A stretch of DNA of 64,000 nucleotides from Protoeuglena noctilucae (taxonomy: Eukaryota). A program made the position numbers and the translations under genes. Shown here in pieces: positions 40,754 through 53,722 of this stretch. Within the stretch, counting starts at the first letter, position 1; every line of letters begins with the position of its first letter. The stretch covers positions 372,001 to 436,000 of the forward strand of contig OY253671.1 of assembly GCA_958009085.1 (NCBI GenBank). Direction: 5' to 3'. The notes below the pieces were generated by a model. It ran no database searches and was not told the origin of the DNA. It saw nothing but the letters and a program-made list of their open reading frames with translations.

Positions 40754-43717
40754 TCACGCCCGGCGCTGGGGAAGAGGTCTGCAGTGCAAGGACAGCCGCG
40801 AGCCCTCGCCTGCGACGGCGGCCACGATCCTCTTTGGCGAGATCCGCTGCCCGAGGCCGTGCGTTTCTGGGTCCGTGCCGAAATGGACTTCGATCCACTC
40901 CACCTCGCCCTGACTCAGCGCGACCCCCAGGGCCGCCGCTGCCGCAGAGGCCACGTCGGCCGCTGCGACGAACCCGTCCCGGCCCGCCGCGTTCTCCGTG
41001 AGCCGCGCAAACTCGAGGTACGGACGAAAGATGACGCTGCTGAGCCGCACGACGGCGGCGACGGGGTCGGCCGCATCGACGGCGGCGTCGCCCCACGCCA
41101 GGCACCCGCACCGGCCCTTGTCAGCCTCCACCTCGGCCCTCAGCGGGCTCAGCGCCATGACGAGTGCGCGGTAGTCGCACTGCCGGTCCTCCGCGAGCAC
41201 CTTGGCCGCCAGCCCACGCACGGTCGGGCCCTGGAACGTGGCGAGGAGACTCTCGCGCCCTTCCTTGGGGAGCTGCGTCCCCGCCTTGGCCGACGCTAGC
41301 GTGGACACCGCGTAGCTGACGTCCGCGAGCGCCAGGGTGCCGCGGCCAGCCCGGTCCAGGCTCCGGAGCGTGCGCAGGAGTTCCAGACGCACATCGTCCC
41401 CCGGCGCGGCCATGCGCAGGAGAGCGGTGGCCTGGAGGACCGGGTGCGCGTGGCCCCGCACGAGGCGCGTGATTTGCCGCGAGCCCCAGCTGACGGGGAA
41501 CGGGTGCTGCAGCAGCGCCCGGCAACGGTCGGCCAGGCTCGGGCGGTAATGCCCCGTCACTTGGCGCGCCCAGGCGCGCACACCGTTGCTGCAAGGGCGG
41601 GCGTGGAGAGCGCTTCGTGGAGAGCACTTCGGAAAGCGCTTCGACACGCCCCGCCTCACGGCGCGATGCCGGCAACACCGCCCATGACCGAGCAGCCCTC
41701 ACCAAGCCCAGCCCAGCTCTTGGGCAGCCATGGCCTCAATGTCCTCCTCCTCCTTCTCTAAAGCGTCCGTGAAACAGCCTCGCCAGTCCATGAAGTACCC
41801 ACACGCCGACAGCGGGGCGTGGTCACTCACCCCGCCCGGCGTCGCTCCCCCATACTCATCTGCCAGTTGCAGCACCTGCACGGGCACCAGCACCAGCACC
41901 CTGCTTATGCGCGCGATGGCGCAGGTCGCCCCCCGACGATCGCGGGGCCTGTGAGCATTGCACGCACCTCTGTGGCTGTGAGGTCCATCCCCGCCTCCAG
42001 CATCGCCCAGCGGAAGTCTGACAGGGACGTGGGCCGGCCCCGGCACTGCTCCAGAGCCAGCAGCGACGCCAGAGGCCCCAGGGGCGGCAGGAGGGCGTCC
42101 CGAAGGTGGACCAGGACTCGTGGCGCCAGCTGCCCAATCTCCGAGACACTGCGGGACGGGCTGGGGAGCTCGCTTGCCCAAACAAGACGCCCTGGCCATC
42201 GTTATCGCCGCCGAAAGCAGGGAAGCACCACAAGCTTGTCAAGAATGCAAAGTCAGAGAGGATTTTGCGCCCATGTAGGTGCTGTCCGACACGACTCGCC
42301 TCATGTCGAGGGCGAACCTCCCGTCGGAGCCCGCGGCGGCCCTGTCACCCTCCTTCTTCTGCACAGCTGTCGTGACAGTCTCGCAGAAACGATGGTGCTC
42401 TCTGAGCCGCCCCACCAAGAGCTCAGAGTCGAATTCCTGACGTATGCTCGCGCTCTCCTCGCGCAGGCGCGCCTGCTGCGCCGCCACCGCTTTCTGGTGC
42501 CGCTTCTGACTCCATCTGCGCACGATGAGCCCTGCAGCGGGGCGCAGGGCGGGGCGGAGTGGGAGACTGGGGCGGTCGAGAGGGCAGCAGCACCACACCA
42601 TCGCCGGCGCACCTGAGGGGCCCGCCGCGCTCCCCGTGCTCCCCACGCTCCCTGGCCGCCCCATGGACTCGTGCCGCGAGTAGTCGCGGGCTTCGGGAGA
42701 CCTCTGCCGGCTTCCTTGGCGGCTGCCCGGGGGCGCGGGCATCCAGCTCCCCGCTTCCCGCTCCTCAGCCGTTATCTCCTTGGCCAGTCGCTCCAAATTC
42801 TTCACGTAATGGTCGACTCCGCTGTGGTAGAAGCGCTCAAAGTCCTGCAGGCTCAGCCGCCCATCCCGGTCCAGGAAGCGCGATGAGTCCCACCTGCGGG
42901 ACGAGCAGGGGCACATTGGCGGTGAAGCAAACCGCCAGCTCATCCGACACGAAACAGGAGGATGCGACTCTGACGACGTTCTCACCGCTGGATGAGCCAC
43001 CGAGCCATGCTCATCCCGCAGACCACGCCGGCGTCCTCGAGCCCCCTGCGCACTTGCTGGGCGGTGAGGTACACCGCCGGGACACGCGCGTGACCGAGCG
43101 CGTACGCGAACTTGGTCGGCTCTGTGATTTCGAGGGCGAGCCGCGCAGACGCGGCGAGCTCGAGCCCTTTCTGCGGAGCAACGCAAGCGAAGGTGTCTTC
43201 GGCACGGCGCTGAGCCGGGAGCGGCGAGTGGGGCAGGTGCCCGCAGGTCCTCACGTCGACGCGATAAGCAAGGGACGCATCCGCCATGCCGCGGGAGTAG
43301 GAGAGGTAGAGCTTGCGGCTGAGGGTGGTGTCGTCCATGTTGAGCGATGGGAGGATGTCCTTCAGGCCCGCCAGCCGCTCGCGCACGGACCGCCCGTAGA
43401 AGGCCGCGAACGCCGTTCGTGCGTCGGAGTGTGTCCGCCTGACCCGCTCTGCCGCCTCCTCCATCCACGCAACCATTGCCTGCGCGGCACATGCCATCGA
43501 ACTTTCCCGCCGCGAGGGCCCCGCGAGAGCTTTTCGCCGGTGCCAACATGCACCAGTGTGGGTATAAATGGCATGCGCAATCAGGCCACAAGGGGTAACA
43601 GCCGCGTTGGGCTGGATTGCTCGTCCGAAGACGGACGCACTTCTCCTTCTCTTGGCCCGCTTTGGCGTCCAACACCGCCGCTCCCCCCGTCGTTCTCATG
43701 TCATCTGCGTGAACCAT
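40754..43717 (-). CDS. EF-hand-containing protein (multi-exon; start approximate)
   Basis: EF-hand-like loops LDRDGRLSLQDF, LDRAGRGTLALADV, GRDGFVAAADV..LSQGEVEWI. Confidence 0.6.
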
Positions 43718-44049
43718 GCTCGTCCCCGGCGCGCGCCGACGGGACTCGCCCGCCCTTGGTGCCTCCCTCTCGTCGATTGCCTGTGTGAAGCAACTGATTT
43801 GCCTAAGGGTGCAGCATAGCGTGATGCGAGCTAGTGTCGTGTGCAGGGTTGGCAATGAAGCCCCTTGGGGCTTTGTGGACCTGCCTGGTCTTGCCAGAGC
43901 GAGCGCAAGCACGTTTCACTGTCGGTGGGCCCCCCGGCCTGCTGCCAGTGCGTCGGCAGCAGTCGGCCTAGATCGAGCCTGCGCAATCACGCCAAGCAGG
44001 ACCCTATGATTTTTAAGAACTGCCGCCGGGCCCTATGTGACTCCGCCCA

Positions 44050-44815
44050 CTACCGCCTGCGCCGCCTGCCCCCCGTCTGCGTGTTCGCCGGGTGCGCCCG
44101 CTCCTGCACGTGTGGACAGTGAGGGGTGCGGTGTCAGGGTCCAGCGCCGTCCACGCCCCGCTCTCGCCCCCATGTCGCATTGCACACGCGCCCACCTTGA
44201 TGGCAATGAGGACGCCGTTCTGCTCCAAGTCGTCCGCGTCAGGACCCACGGGGAAGTTCTCCTCTATCGTGCGCACGATCAGAGGCGTGTTCTGTCCCTG
44301 CAATCGGGCGAATCGCGGTGGAGTCACATGGAGGAGACGTCCAGACATGGCAAGCACACCTGTCGGGAGCCAGCCCCCTGTCCCAGCGTACCCGGACCGC
44401 CTCCAGCAGGTTTCCATTCCGATAGATGAGGAAGAGGGGCTCGCTCTTCCCCTTGCGGTTGTAAACAGCCTCCAGGTGCTCGTAGCCCTTGGGGTCCTCC
44501 CAGGTGTGCTCCACCTTCTCGGCCTGGATGCTGCAGAACAGCAGCGCGTTCTCGTCGTCGTACTTTTCCCGCAACGTCTTGTACACGGGGACCATCGTCT
44601 GGCTCATCCCGCACCACTGAGCGTACACCTGGATGACTGCAGCAGGGCGGGGGAAACGGGGGTTCATGTGGGCGTGATGGCGCTGCGGCGGTCGCCGCTG
44701 TCAGGCACACTGCAGCACATGATGTCTCACATTTGATTCCCTTGGTGCACAGGAGCTCCTCCAGCTCCTGACCCGACGAAATCTCCTTCACATGGAACTT
44801 ATGTTTCTTGTCCAT
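44050..44815 (-). CDS. Thioredoxin-like protein of the outer-arm dynein light chain / NME8-9 type
   Basis: VIQVYAQWCGMSQTM..; KSEPLFLIYRNGNLLEAV|GQNTPLIVRTI. Confidence 0.75.
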
Positions 44816-45451
44816 CTTGCCCGCTTCCCAGGCGTATCCTGCTGTCGAGGGAACCACTCTCTTATCTTAGCATGCGCATACATGCGCTAAAGCCATTTCA
44901 CTCCCCAGGCGGGCCTCGCGTGCCCCGCAAGTCCAGCACACACCTGGGCCTCCCTGCGCGTCGCTCCAGCAGACTGCGCCCGAATTCCCGGTGCTATTCC
45001 AAGCTCAGCGAGCGCCGCGTCAGCGTCACCAAAGCTCCCGATCCTCGTGGACCCTGCGCAGGGCAGGGCTGCATGTGAGCGCAGCGAGGGACCGCGCGGC
45101 GCCACGAAAGCAAGACACACCAGCATCCGCATGCCAGGCATGTGACAACTGAGTAAAGTATATGTGTGTTCGTTTTTGCGAATGGGGCGCTCACCTTGGG
45201 CAGGGACAGGGACAGTGGCATGCACTGGGCGAGGACGGCTGGTCTGAATCGGCAGCTTTTGCTGGCAGTCCGCGGACACAGTTGGCTTTTGGGGACGGCA
45301 GCGCTACCATCGCGAAGCTCGCCAATGCCAGTTGGCGCCAGTGTGCGATGCGAGCTCCTGATGTCGCTGGAGTCCTTGCGCGCCAGTCACTCCGGATGCC
45401 TGCCTGGGATGCCAGGGAGTCTGAAGAAGCGGCGACGGGGACCTCTTCTCC

Positions 45452-46568
45452 ATGGGAGCCCCTGCACAAGCCTCGTCGCAGAAGGAGACGGCGCAGATAT
45501 CGCTTACGTCGTGGAATCGGGACGTTTACGAGCCCTCTGACGATACCTTTGCTTTGGTGGATGCATTGGTGGCGGACGCGGAGAGAATCCAGGGTCTGGT
45601 GCGGCCTCATTCCCGCTGCGAGCACGCGCAACAAGCACGACCTGGGCACCGGCCTTCTGGGCTCGGTGATGCACCCCAACTGACGTCGCCTCGCAGGCGC
45701 CGCGGTTGGTGTTGGAAATTGGTCCAGGCTCCGGGTTCGTGACCTGCTCAGCAGCACTCCTCCTGAAGGCCCTAGGTGTGGCCCGCAGCTGCGCAGTCCC
45801 CGGCCCTGCCATGGCCCAGGAGGGCATCTGCAACATGTTGGCGTGCTCCCCCGTGCAGGTCTGCGGGCCGAGTGCGTGGCTGTCGACATCAACCCAGCGG
45901 CGTGCGCCTGCACTCAAGAGACGTGCTCAGCCCACGGGGTCGGCTCAACCGTGGACGTCGTGTGCGCCGATCTCCTGCAGGTCCGGGCAGCGCGCTCGGA
46001 GGGGTTCTTGGTTTTGACGACCCACCTCTCGCCTCGGTGACACCGAGAACGAGGACCGTTGCCGTGGATGCAGGCTCTGCTCCCTCGCCTCAACGGCGCC
46101 GTTGACCTGCTGATCTTCAACCCCCCGTACGTGCCAACTCCGGATGAGGAGGTCGGCAGGGGAGGCATAGCGGCCGCATGGGCCGGGGGCGCCCGGGGAC
46201 GTGTCATCATCGACCAGGTCATGCCCCAGGTGCGGGCTCGCCAGGGCCACGAGCCACCTAGCGCATTGCTGGGTTGCATCCCCGGGTTTTAAGCGGGCGA
46301 GTTTCTGACACATCGCTCGGCACTCTTGGTGGGACCGAGGCTCCCGACCAGGCAGGCGCACGAGCAAGCCCGCACCGTTGACATGCAGGTTCCAGCACTC
46401 TTGACACCAGGTGGGCACCTCTACATGGTCACCGTGTCGGACAACCGTCCCGACGAGCTCATAGCGTGGGCCAAGGCGCTGGGGCTGGAGGCGGAGGACG
46501 TGCTCAGGAGGACCGCAGACGAGGAGCGGCTGGTGATCTTGCGTATCACCAAGCCGTCGGCGAGCTGA
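45452..46568 (+). CDS. N6AMT1: HemK2/Mtq2 eRF1 glutamine methyltransferase
   Basis: DVYEPSDDTFALVDAL; LEIGPGSG; DINPAA; VDLLIFNPPYVPT; AWAGGARGR. Confidence 0.95.
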
Positions 46569-46651
46569 CGAGCCTATCTCTGACGGCCGCGGGCCTCCGC
46601 GGGTGGACTACCGCTCGCAAAGCCGCGTTGCGATGGGGTTCCACAGATGCG

Positions 46652-49237
46652 TCACTCTTGCCGCGCGATGTCTTTCCGCATCTTGGCCGCCATCTCTGCG
46701 AAGAACTTGGCCCTCCGCGCCTCGCTGTCGTCCCCGTCCTGCGCCAATGGGCTTAGAAGTAGTCGCCCGATGTCCCCAGCACCACCGTCGCCGCCGCCGT
46801 GGTGCCACACTCGCTGCGTCACTGCCCTCGTGGGGCCTCACCTGACCTGCCACGTTCTGTTTGCTCACGTACTCCTCCATCTCCTGTTCCCGCTGCATGC
46901 GCTGCATTTCCAAGAGGCACTCCCTGTGAACCCACGGACCACCCAGCATGTCATGTGCCATCTGCTGACATGCTTGGGCATGCTTGGGCCCCCGAGACAG
47001 CCATCACGTTTTGGAAAGCCACCTTGCCTCACAGCACCCTACCTGTGCTTGCGGACAAAGTCATCCTGCCGCGCCCGCTCCAAGTCGTCCACCTCGTTCG
47101 CCCGGCTCTTCATCGACTCCAGCCGCGCCGCCACGCAGTCCTGATGGAACTGCGTCAACGTTTGAACAGACACGCGGCGTCAGCCAGCGTCGCTGGGGTT
47201 TGCCCGCGAAGCCGCCCCTATGGCTTGCGTGTTGGCAAGCGGCATGCCGCCTCGCCTTGAGCTTGACGGGGTCCAGCGCCGCCGACGATTCCGAGGAGTT
47301 AAAGCCCGCGCCCCGGTACCCGGTGCCCGAGCGGATGGACTTGAGCGGCACCAGCTTGGGCGGCGTGCTTGCGACCATCGGGACGGCGCCGGGCACGAAG
47401 CCGCGGAGGCTCTGGGGCTCCGGGGCAGCCGGCTGGGACGAGGCGACAGCGGCGGCGGCCGAGGGGCCCGGGGACGCGGGCTCTTCCCTCCTCGCCGCGA
47501 CTCTGCCGTCCGGCGTCTCCGGCACGGCGCGGAGGGGCGTGGGCGGCTCAGTGATCTTGTCCTGGGGCCTCCCCCGGTCTCCGCCCTGCTTCGCTGGCGT
47601 GCCGACGCCCTCGGTGTCATGCTCCCCCAGCGCCTTGCTCTCTGGCGCCGCCGGCTTGCTCCCTGGCGGGAGCGGTGCGCTCGGTGCAGCCGTTGGGGAC
47701 GTGGGCTCGGGTGCTGGCGCGGCCGTGCTGGCCTCGCCCGCGACCGCGGAGGCCTCCAGGCCCAGCGACATGGCAATGGCACGCTCGAGCATCGCCTGCT
47801 CGAGCTCCATGGCCGTGCGGACCTTGAGCGAGTCCGCCAGGGCCACCGCCATGGCCCGCTCCTGCGGGCGTGGCCGGGCGTAAATGCGCTTGCTACCTCG
47901 GCGACGCGCACGCGGCCCTAGGCGGTGTCAACAACTCCTGGCGAGAGGGAAGTGCACCCGCAGCCCGAGCACCCGTGCCTCATAGCACAGCTCAGCTGCG
48001 CATGCAACCGTGAAGCTATCGCAACCTCGCCTCGTCGGTTGCGTCGCCCATGAACTCCTCGACCATGCGCTTGTAGTTCTCGGTGAGTCCCTTGGCGTGC
48101 TCCTGGTCCCCCTCGAAGGTGAGCATGGACGCCTGGATGGCCGCGATGAGCTCCTTGTCGCCCGCAGCACCGACGGCCTTGGCCTCCGCCTCCGCCTTGG
48201 CCAGGTGCTCCTTCTTCTTGACCTCCTGCTCCTCCTTCTGCTTCTGCGGCGCGACGCGAGATGCACGCACTTAAGACACCACCAGACCCTGCTGCCTGCT
48301 GCAGGTGGGAGGAGCCGTGCCACTCCCTCGCCTGCTTCTCTTCCGCCGCGATCGCCTCCAGGTGCTTGGCGATCTGCTGCTGCAGGTAGAGGTTGCGCTG
48401 CACCATCAGGTTCTTGAACTGGAGGAAGTCGTCGACAGCCAGGAGCGAGTGCAGGACCGTCTTGTTCAAAGACTTCTCCTGCTCCTGCAGCACCTTCGCG
48501 AAGTCCTGCGATCGCGGCACGCGCGGTACGCGGGTCAGCCGGCGCGGAGACGGTGCAGGCAACGCACGTGCGCCTCCGGAGTGCCCCACCTCCGGGGACA
48601 CTCCCAGGTCCTCCAGGAAAGTCGTGATCAGCGACTCGACCACCTCCTTGAACTCCTTGTGCACCTGCGTGGGGAGGTGCGACGCGCCCGCGGCAATCAG
48701 GCCGTGCGGATGTCGACGGTCGGGGTGGACGCGTTCCTGGGCGCAGCGACGGGAATCCCGCTCCGTCTGCCTCACCTGATTGTACTCGAGCGGATTCTCG
48801 TCGTCGATGCTGAAGATGATGCACTTTTCGTCCACGAACGTCATTAGGGGATTTAGGTACAGCGGTGACTGCGCGATCGAGGCGCAGCAATGAAGTAAAA
48901 ATGGGCACGGCTCAGCAACGGATTGCTCAGTACAGTTTGGAAATCAGCAGTGCATGTCATGCGGCCAAAACCGCGCGGACGCCGCCGAGCCAATCCTCTG
49001 CATGCGCAGCGATTCAAAGGGCGCGCAGGCCTGCGGAGCGCCCCGCCGAGGTGCGCGCAATGCGCAATGTGTTGAGGCATAGCCATGCAACGGGGAGATC
49101 TTTGCATCGACCTCATTCACCTCGGCGGGGGGCGCACGTGGCTTCCAAAGTGTGACGCTGGGGAGAGAAGGCCATCCCACGCGACTCACCCGGAAGAACT
49201 CCAGCACCGACTCCTGCAGCCACGTGTCCTCCGACAT
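46652..49237 (-). CDS. CFAP36: Cilia/flagella-associated protein 36 (BART domain, CCDC104)
   Basis: ESVLEFFR|SPLYLNPLMTFVDEKCIIF..ENPLEY..HKEFKEVVESLI..FLEDLGVS..LLAVDDFLQFKNLMVQRN; UIM-like EQAMLERAIAMSL. Confidence 0.88.
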
Positions 49238-49995
49238 CCTGCCCGCAAGCGACCCCTCGGCGCGGCGTCTGCCGTGGTATGCCGTGGTGCCGCTGGCCAG
49301 CCTTCTGAAGCGCGCCCAGCGGTGCAAGAGATGGACAGCTGCGTGCTCAAACTGCGTAGGTTCGCGTGGGATGCCCGACCGGAGCGCGATTTGAAGCACT
49401 GCCCCGAGAACCTGAACGTTTTCATGCGCCGGCTGACAGCTGGCCCCGCAAGCGTCCAGCGAACACCACAGCCACCACGCCTCGCATTCAGGATCACTCT
49501 GCATGATTATGCACGTGTGGGATGCCAAGACGCGCGAGTAGGATGCTGCCAATGCTGCCACTGGGTCCGTCTCTCCTCGTCATTGAGGCGTGCATCACTC
49601 AGGCCTCCCAGGTTTTTGCAGTTGTGTAGGGTAGCTTACTGACTGGGCAAGAACTGCGGCCGGGGAGCCCCACGGCCGCGTGGCAAGGGCTGCATGGCAG
49701 CAGGTCTGCGGGCCTCCATCGCGTGCTGTGAGCCATGGCGGGGTCCGGAGGAGGCTCGCGTTCGAAAGATGGGTCCTTCCGCCGAAAGGGCCATGCGGAC
49801 GTCGCCGCCTTGTCGACAAGAGTGGGCAGCACGGAGGCGGGTGCGTGGCAAGCATGGCGAGCATGGTTTCGGAAATTCGCCGTCACCTCTGCGTTGCGGC
49901 AAATCCTTTGGTCGCAGTACGGCCTTGGCTGAGCCCTGAAGCGTCGGTCTTGGCTCGCAGTGCCCCCGGAGATTCGAGGACGCAATGAATTCGAG

Positions 49996-52854
49996 ATGAC
50001 CAGCCTGGCCTACGTGACTGGGCTTTTTGAGGAGCCTGCAGAAGCTCTCTGCATGGCGCAGCCGTGCATCACCCGCCTGGCGCAGGCCACGTCCCTTCGC
50101 GACCACGTCGACGCCGAGGTGGTGTCTGAGCTGCAGGTGAGCCAGCGGCAGCGAGGGTATATTCCCACGCTTGTCATCCCTGATTGCCCATCGAGCGTTT
50201 TCAGGCTTAGGCCCACCCTCTCGCCTCCCTGGCTACCCCAGAAGACCTTCACGACCCTCCTGGGACCTGACGTGCTGGTGGCCCTGGACCTCCTGCCAGC
50301 CATCCAGCGGCGCAGCTCAGAGGCCGACATCGACTTGACGGAAGCGGAGATCGAGTCATGGACACCGGGTGAGGCCTGCGGCAGTGCGCATCGGCAGGCC
50401 GCATGCCTCGGCAGGTTGCGTTGACAAACCCATTTCCTTCTCCCTCCCTTTGCCCGCAGACCCAGGACTGTACTCGAGGCTGCGCATCGACAACGAGGTG
50501 CGCAGCGGCAACACGGCTCCGGGGGGAGATGCACATGCACAGCATTTGTGTGACCTTTGTCAAGACATGCCTGATGAGGTCATGAAACGACATCATGGAC
50601 ACGTGTAATCGTGTACACGACACGATTAAACACACACTAGTCACTTTGTCTCTGCAGCGGAGGATGGTCGACGGGGAGGACGCGGCAGCCGACACGCTTC
50701 ACTTGCCGACCCCGACCTTCTCCGACCGCACCAGCAAGCTCAAGTCCAAGCCCTCGTGGCCTACGCCATCGACCGCAAGTCGGCCTTGGTGTGTAACCGG
50801 GGCTGGTGTCTGAGGGGCTGGTGTCTGGGCTGCTGGGACCGTGGTCCTGTCACAGGCCTTGATGCGTGCCTGTGACACGCCCTGCTGCTCGGTCTCCGCA
50901 GATGGTGCTGGACATGGACGCGGTAGACGCGACGGAGAAGGAGGCGGCGCACATGGCGGACCTCGTCAAGCTCCGCCCGTCACTGCGCGTCGTGCGCGCG
51001 GTCGTGGTCCCCATCTTCGACGGCGTGGATGGGTCGCCCCTCGGTGAGGGCCCGTGGCCGCGTCGTTTGCACGAAACACTAAACATTCTTCAAGCTGTTT
51101 GGTCTCACTGCCTGACCCTGACCCTGACCCTGACCCTCCCAGGCACCGTGACGCTGCTCCGCGCCGACATGACGGACCTGCTGGGATGCTCCCACAACGA
51201 ATGGGGGATCATCTCGAGGGAGTCCCTGGGTGCATCGGAGAAGGCCATCGGCCCGCCCCTGGCCTTCACCCAGACCAGCCGGTCCCAGCGCCGGCAGACG
51301 GTGCTCCGGTCTGACTCGGAGCCCCTCACGTCCGACGAGCTCTTCCTCCGGGCGCTGGTGCGCGGTGCCAGAGCCAGTCGTTGGCTGAGCGCGTCTGTGC
51401 GCGCACTGCCTGGTGGCCGCCCTCGCTAGCAGGCGCACAGGCCGCTCCTTCGGCGGCAAACGTGCTCTGCCGCGCTCCTGCCCGCAGTCAGAGATCCTCG
51501 TGGTCAATGCGACCGTGCAGCAGGCGTTTGTCCCGGTCATCCGGCGCCAGAACGCAGAGGTGAGTGGGTCGATGGCGCCGCCTGCCCTGGCGTCCCCTAC
51601 AACGTGCCCGGGGATCGACCTGCAGGGACGCGCCGCGAACCCCGGTCGCGCTTGCAGATGACCGTGGTGCCTCCGGACGAGCTGCGGCAGCTGAGGGAGG
51701 ACCAACACGAGCTGCGCATGATCCGGCTGCGGCAGGACGCCCAGAAGCGGGCCGTCGAGAGGGCGCAAGCGGGGGCAGGCAGCGCGGCGAAGGAGGCCAA
51801 GGGGATCATCAAGGGCGGGCAGACAGGCGACAGAGCCGGCGACTCTCTGAAATGGACCCGTCGCTGCCCCATGCGGCGTGTGTGGGACGTCTGCAGTTGC
51901 CGCCGCGCCCGCAGGCCCCGTCGCTCGCACGAAGCCCCTGTCCATCCGCCGGCACAACGTCTGCCTGGTGATGGTGCGCATGAACGGACTCGACTCGCAG
52001 ATGCCGGACCCCTCGGAGCTGCACGGGGCGTCGTACGACAACGCAGCACTGTCGCTGCTGACCAGGATGCAGGCAAGACCAATTGGGATTCCTTCGATAG
52101 CAGTGGCCGTCCTGTGTATTGACGCCTAAGGGACGAGGCCCGCCCGGGTGTGCCCCCGCAGACGTACGTCAGCAGCCTGGAGGGCCTCATCTTCCGCGCG
52201 GGCATGGAGATCGTCACGAACAACTTCAACACGATTGTGGCGCTGGCTGGCCTGCGAGAGACGGCCCCCACGGGCGGGCCCGCAGCGCCCCCGGTGCAGA
52301 CGGGCATCAAGACGGCCTGCGTGCTGGTCTCCCAGGCGCGCAACTTCTTGCTCCCGAACGGGGAGCCGGTCGAGATATCCGTGGGCGTCCACTTCTGCTC
52401 GGGCCTCGTGGTGGCCAACCAGGTGTCCCCCTCCCACACGGGGCCCATCGAGGTCATCCTGGGCGAGGCCATCGGCATCGTGGAGCAGCTCACGCACACG
52501 GCGCCGTCGCACATGATCCACATAAGCCAGCAGGCCTTCGCGGTGAGCTTGTCGCCCAAGCGCGGGGCCTCAGCATGTAAACGGCGCGTCGTTGCCATCA
52601 TCTGCTGTTGCTTGGGTCCGCCCAGGAGATCCAGCAGGACGACGAGGTGGCGCAGTTCCTGGCGGCGACAACTGCCGCGGCGCCCATCATGCACGCGGGG
52701 GACCTGTGGGTGCAGCGGACGGTGCCGGCGGTCATGGGCACGCAGAGCGCCGCGGGGAGGGACAAGTACAAGGTGCACGTGCTGGCGCTGGACCCCTGCC
52801 ACGTGTACTACCACTACTCGACCAACATATCCATCATCGACGGGACGCGCGACT
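49996..52854 (+). CDS. Protein with degenerate class III nucleotide cyclase domain; runs into the gap (start uncertain)
   Basis: LPNGEPVEISVGVH..GLVV..VILGEAIGIVEQLTHTAPSHMIHISQQA aligns with the cyclase IRIGIHSGPVV..FGDTVNTASRMES..IHIS motif. Confidence 0.65.
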
Positions 52855-53054
52855 NNNNNNNNNNNNNNNNNNNNNNNNNNNNNNNNNNNNNNNNNNNNNN
52901 NNNNNNNNNNNNNNNNNNNNNNNNNNNNNNNNNNNNNNNNNNNNNNNNNNNNNNNNNNNNNNNNNNNNNNNNNNNNNNNNNNNNNNNNNNNNNNNNNNNN
53001 NNNNNNNNNNNNNNNNNNNNNNNNNNNNNNNNNNNNNNNNNNNNNNNNNNNNNN
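52855..53054. other. Assembly gap (200 N)
   Basis: Run of N. Confidence 1.
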
Positions 53055-53517
53055 GGGTTTTGTCTCTGAGAAGTTGTAGAAAGATTGCATAGTGCAGAGC
53101 AGCAATTCAACCAAAACTCTGGATTACCGCTAGGGCCCACATCACGGCCATGCACCCCCATGACCGGAGGGCTCGGCTGCCCCGCTGTCGGAGCTCTGCG
53201 CCAGCCCCACCGTTGCCCGCGATGCCGGGCTTGCCGGGCTGGCTCGGCGGCCGGGCGCGGCCCTCCCTGCGCTCGCTGGGGCCCACATCACGGCCATGCA
53301 CCCCCATGACGGGCCGAGCAAGCGGGGCGGGTATCTATACCTGCCCCGCCGCAGCTATCATCACGAATCGGATCAAGCCGGATGTTCTCGGGTCGAAATT
53401 ATTCAGGCTATCAAGAAGGGGGCCACAAATGAGCTTGGGAGCCGAAGCGGCGGTCCTGTTCGTAGATTGTAGTTTCATATATTTTCATTCACGCCCACGC
53501 AAATAGAAGCTCGTGAC

Positions 53518-53590
53518 GGGATAGTGGTCTAGTGGTTACGATTCCTTGTTAGGGTCAAGGAGGTCCCGGGTTCGATTCCCGGCTGTCCCC
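53518..53590 (+). tRNA. trnP-AGG: tRNA-Pro(AGG)
   Basis: Acceptor GGGATAG/CTGTCCC; anticodon arm CCTTG-TT AGG GT-CAAGG; GTTCGATTC T-loop; downstream T-runs. Confidence 0.95.
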
Positions 53591-53649
53591 GAACGGTCAC
53601 CCTCCTTTTGCTTTTTCGCGCAAGCTCCGAAGGGCAAAAGTTGTGGCAA

Positions 53650-53722
53650 CCGAGCTGCCGGGAATCGAACCCGGGTCTCCCGCGTGACAGGCGGGGATAC
53701 TAACCGACTATACTACAGCTCG
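53650..53722 (-). tRNA. trnD-GTC: tRNA-Asp(GTC)
   Basis: Reverse complement CGAGCTG TAGTATAGTCGGTTAGTATC CCCGC CT GTC AC GCGGG AGACCCGGGTTCGATTCCCGG CAGCTCG G. Confidence 0.95.

Noticed and set aside
53330..53517. tRNA-Sec, U1 or U6-like fragments upstream of tRNA-Pro
   Set aside because: No cloverleaf, no ACAGAGA box and no pairing U1 stem I; only scattered short similarities.
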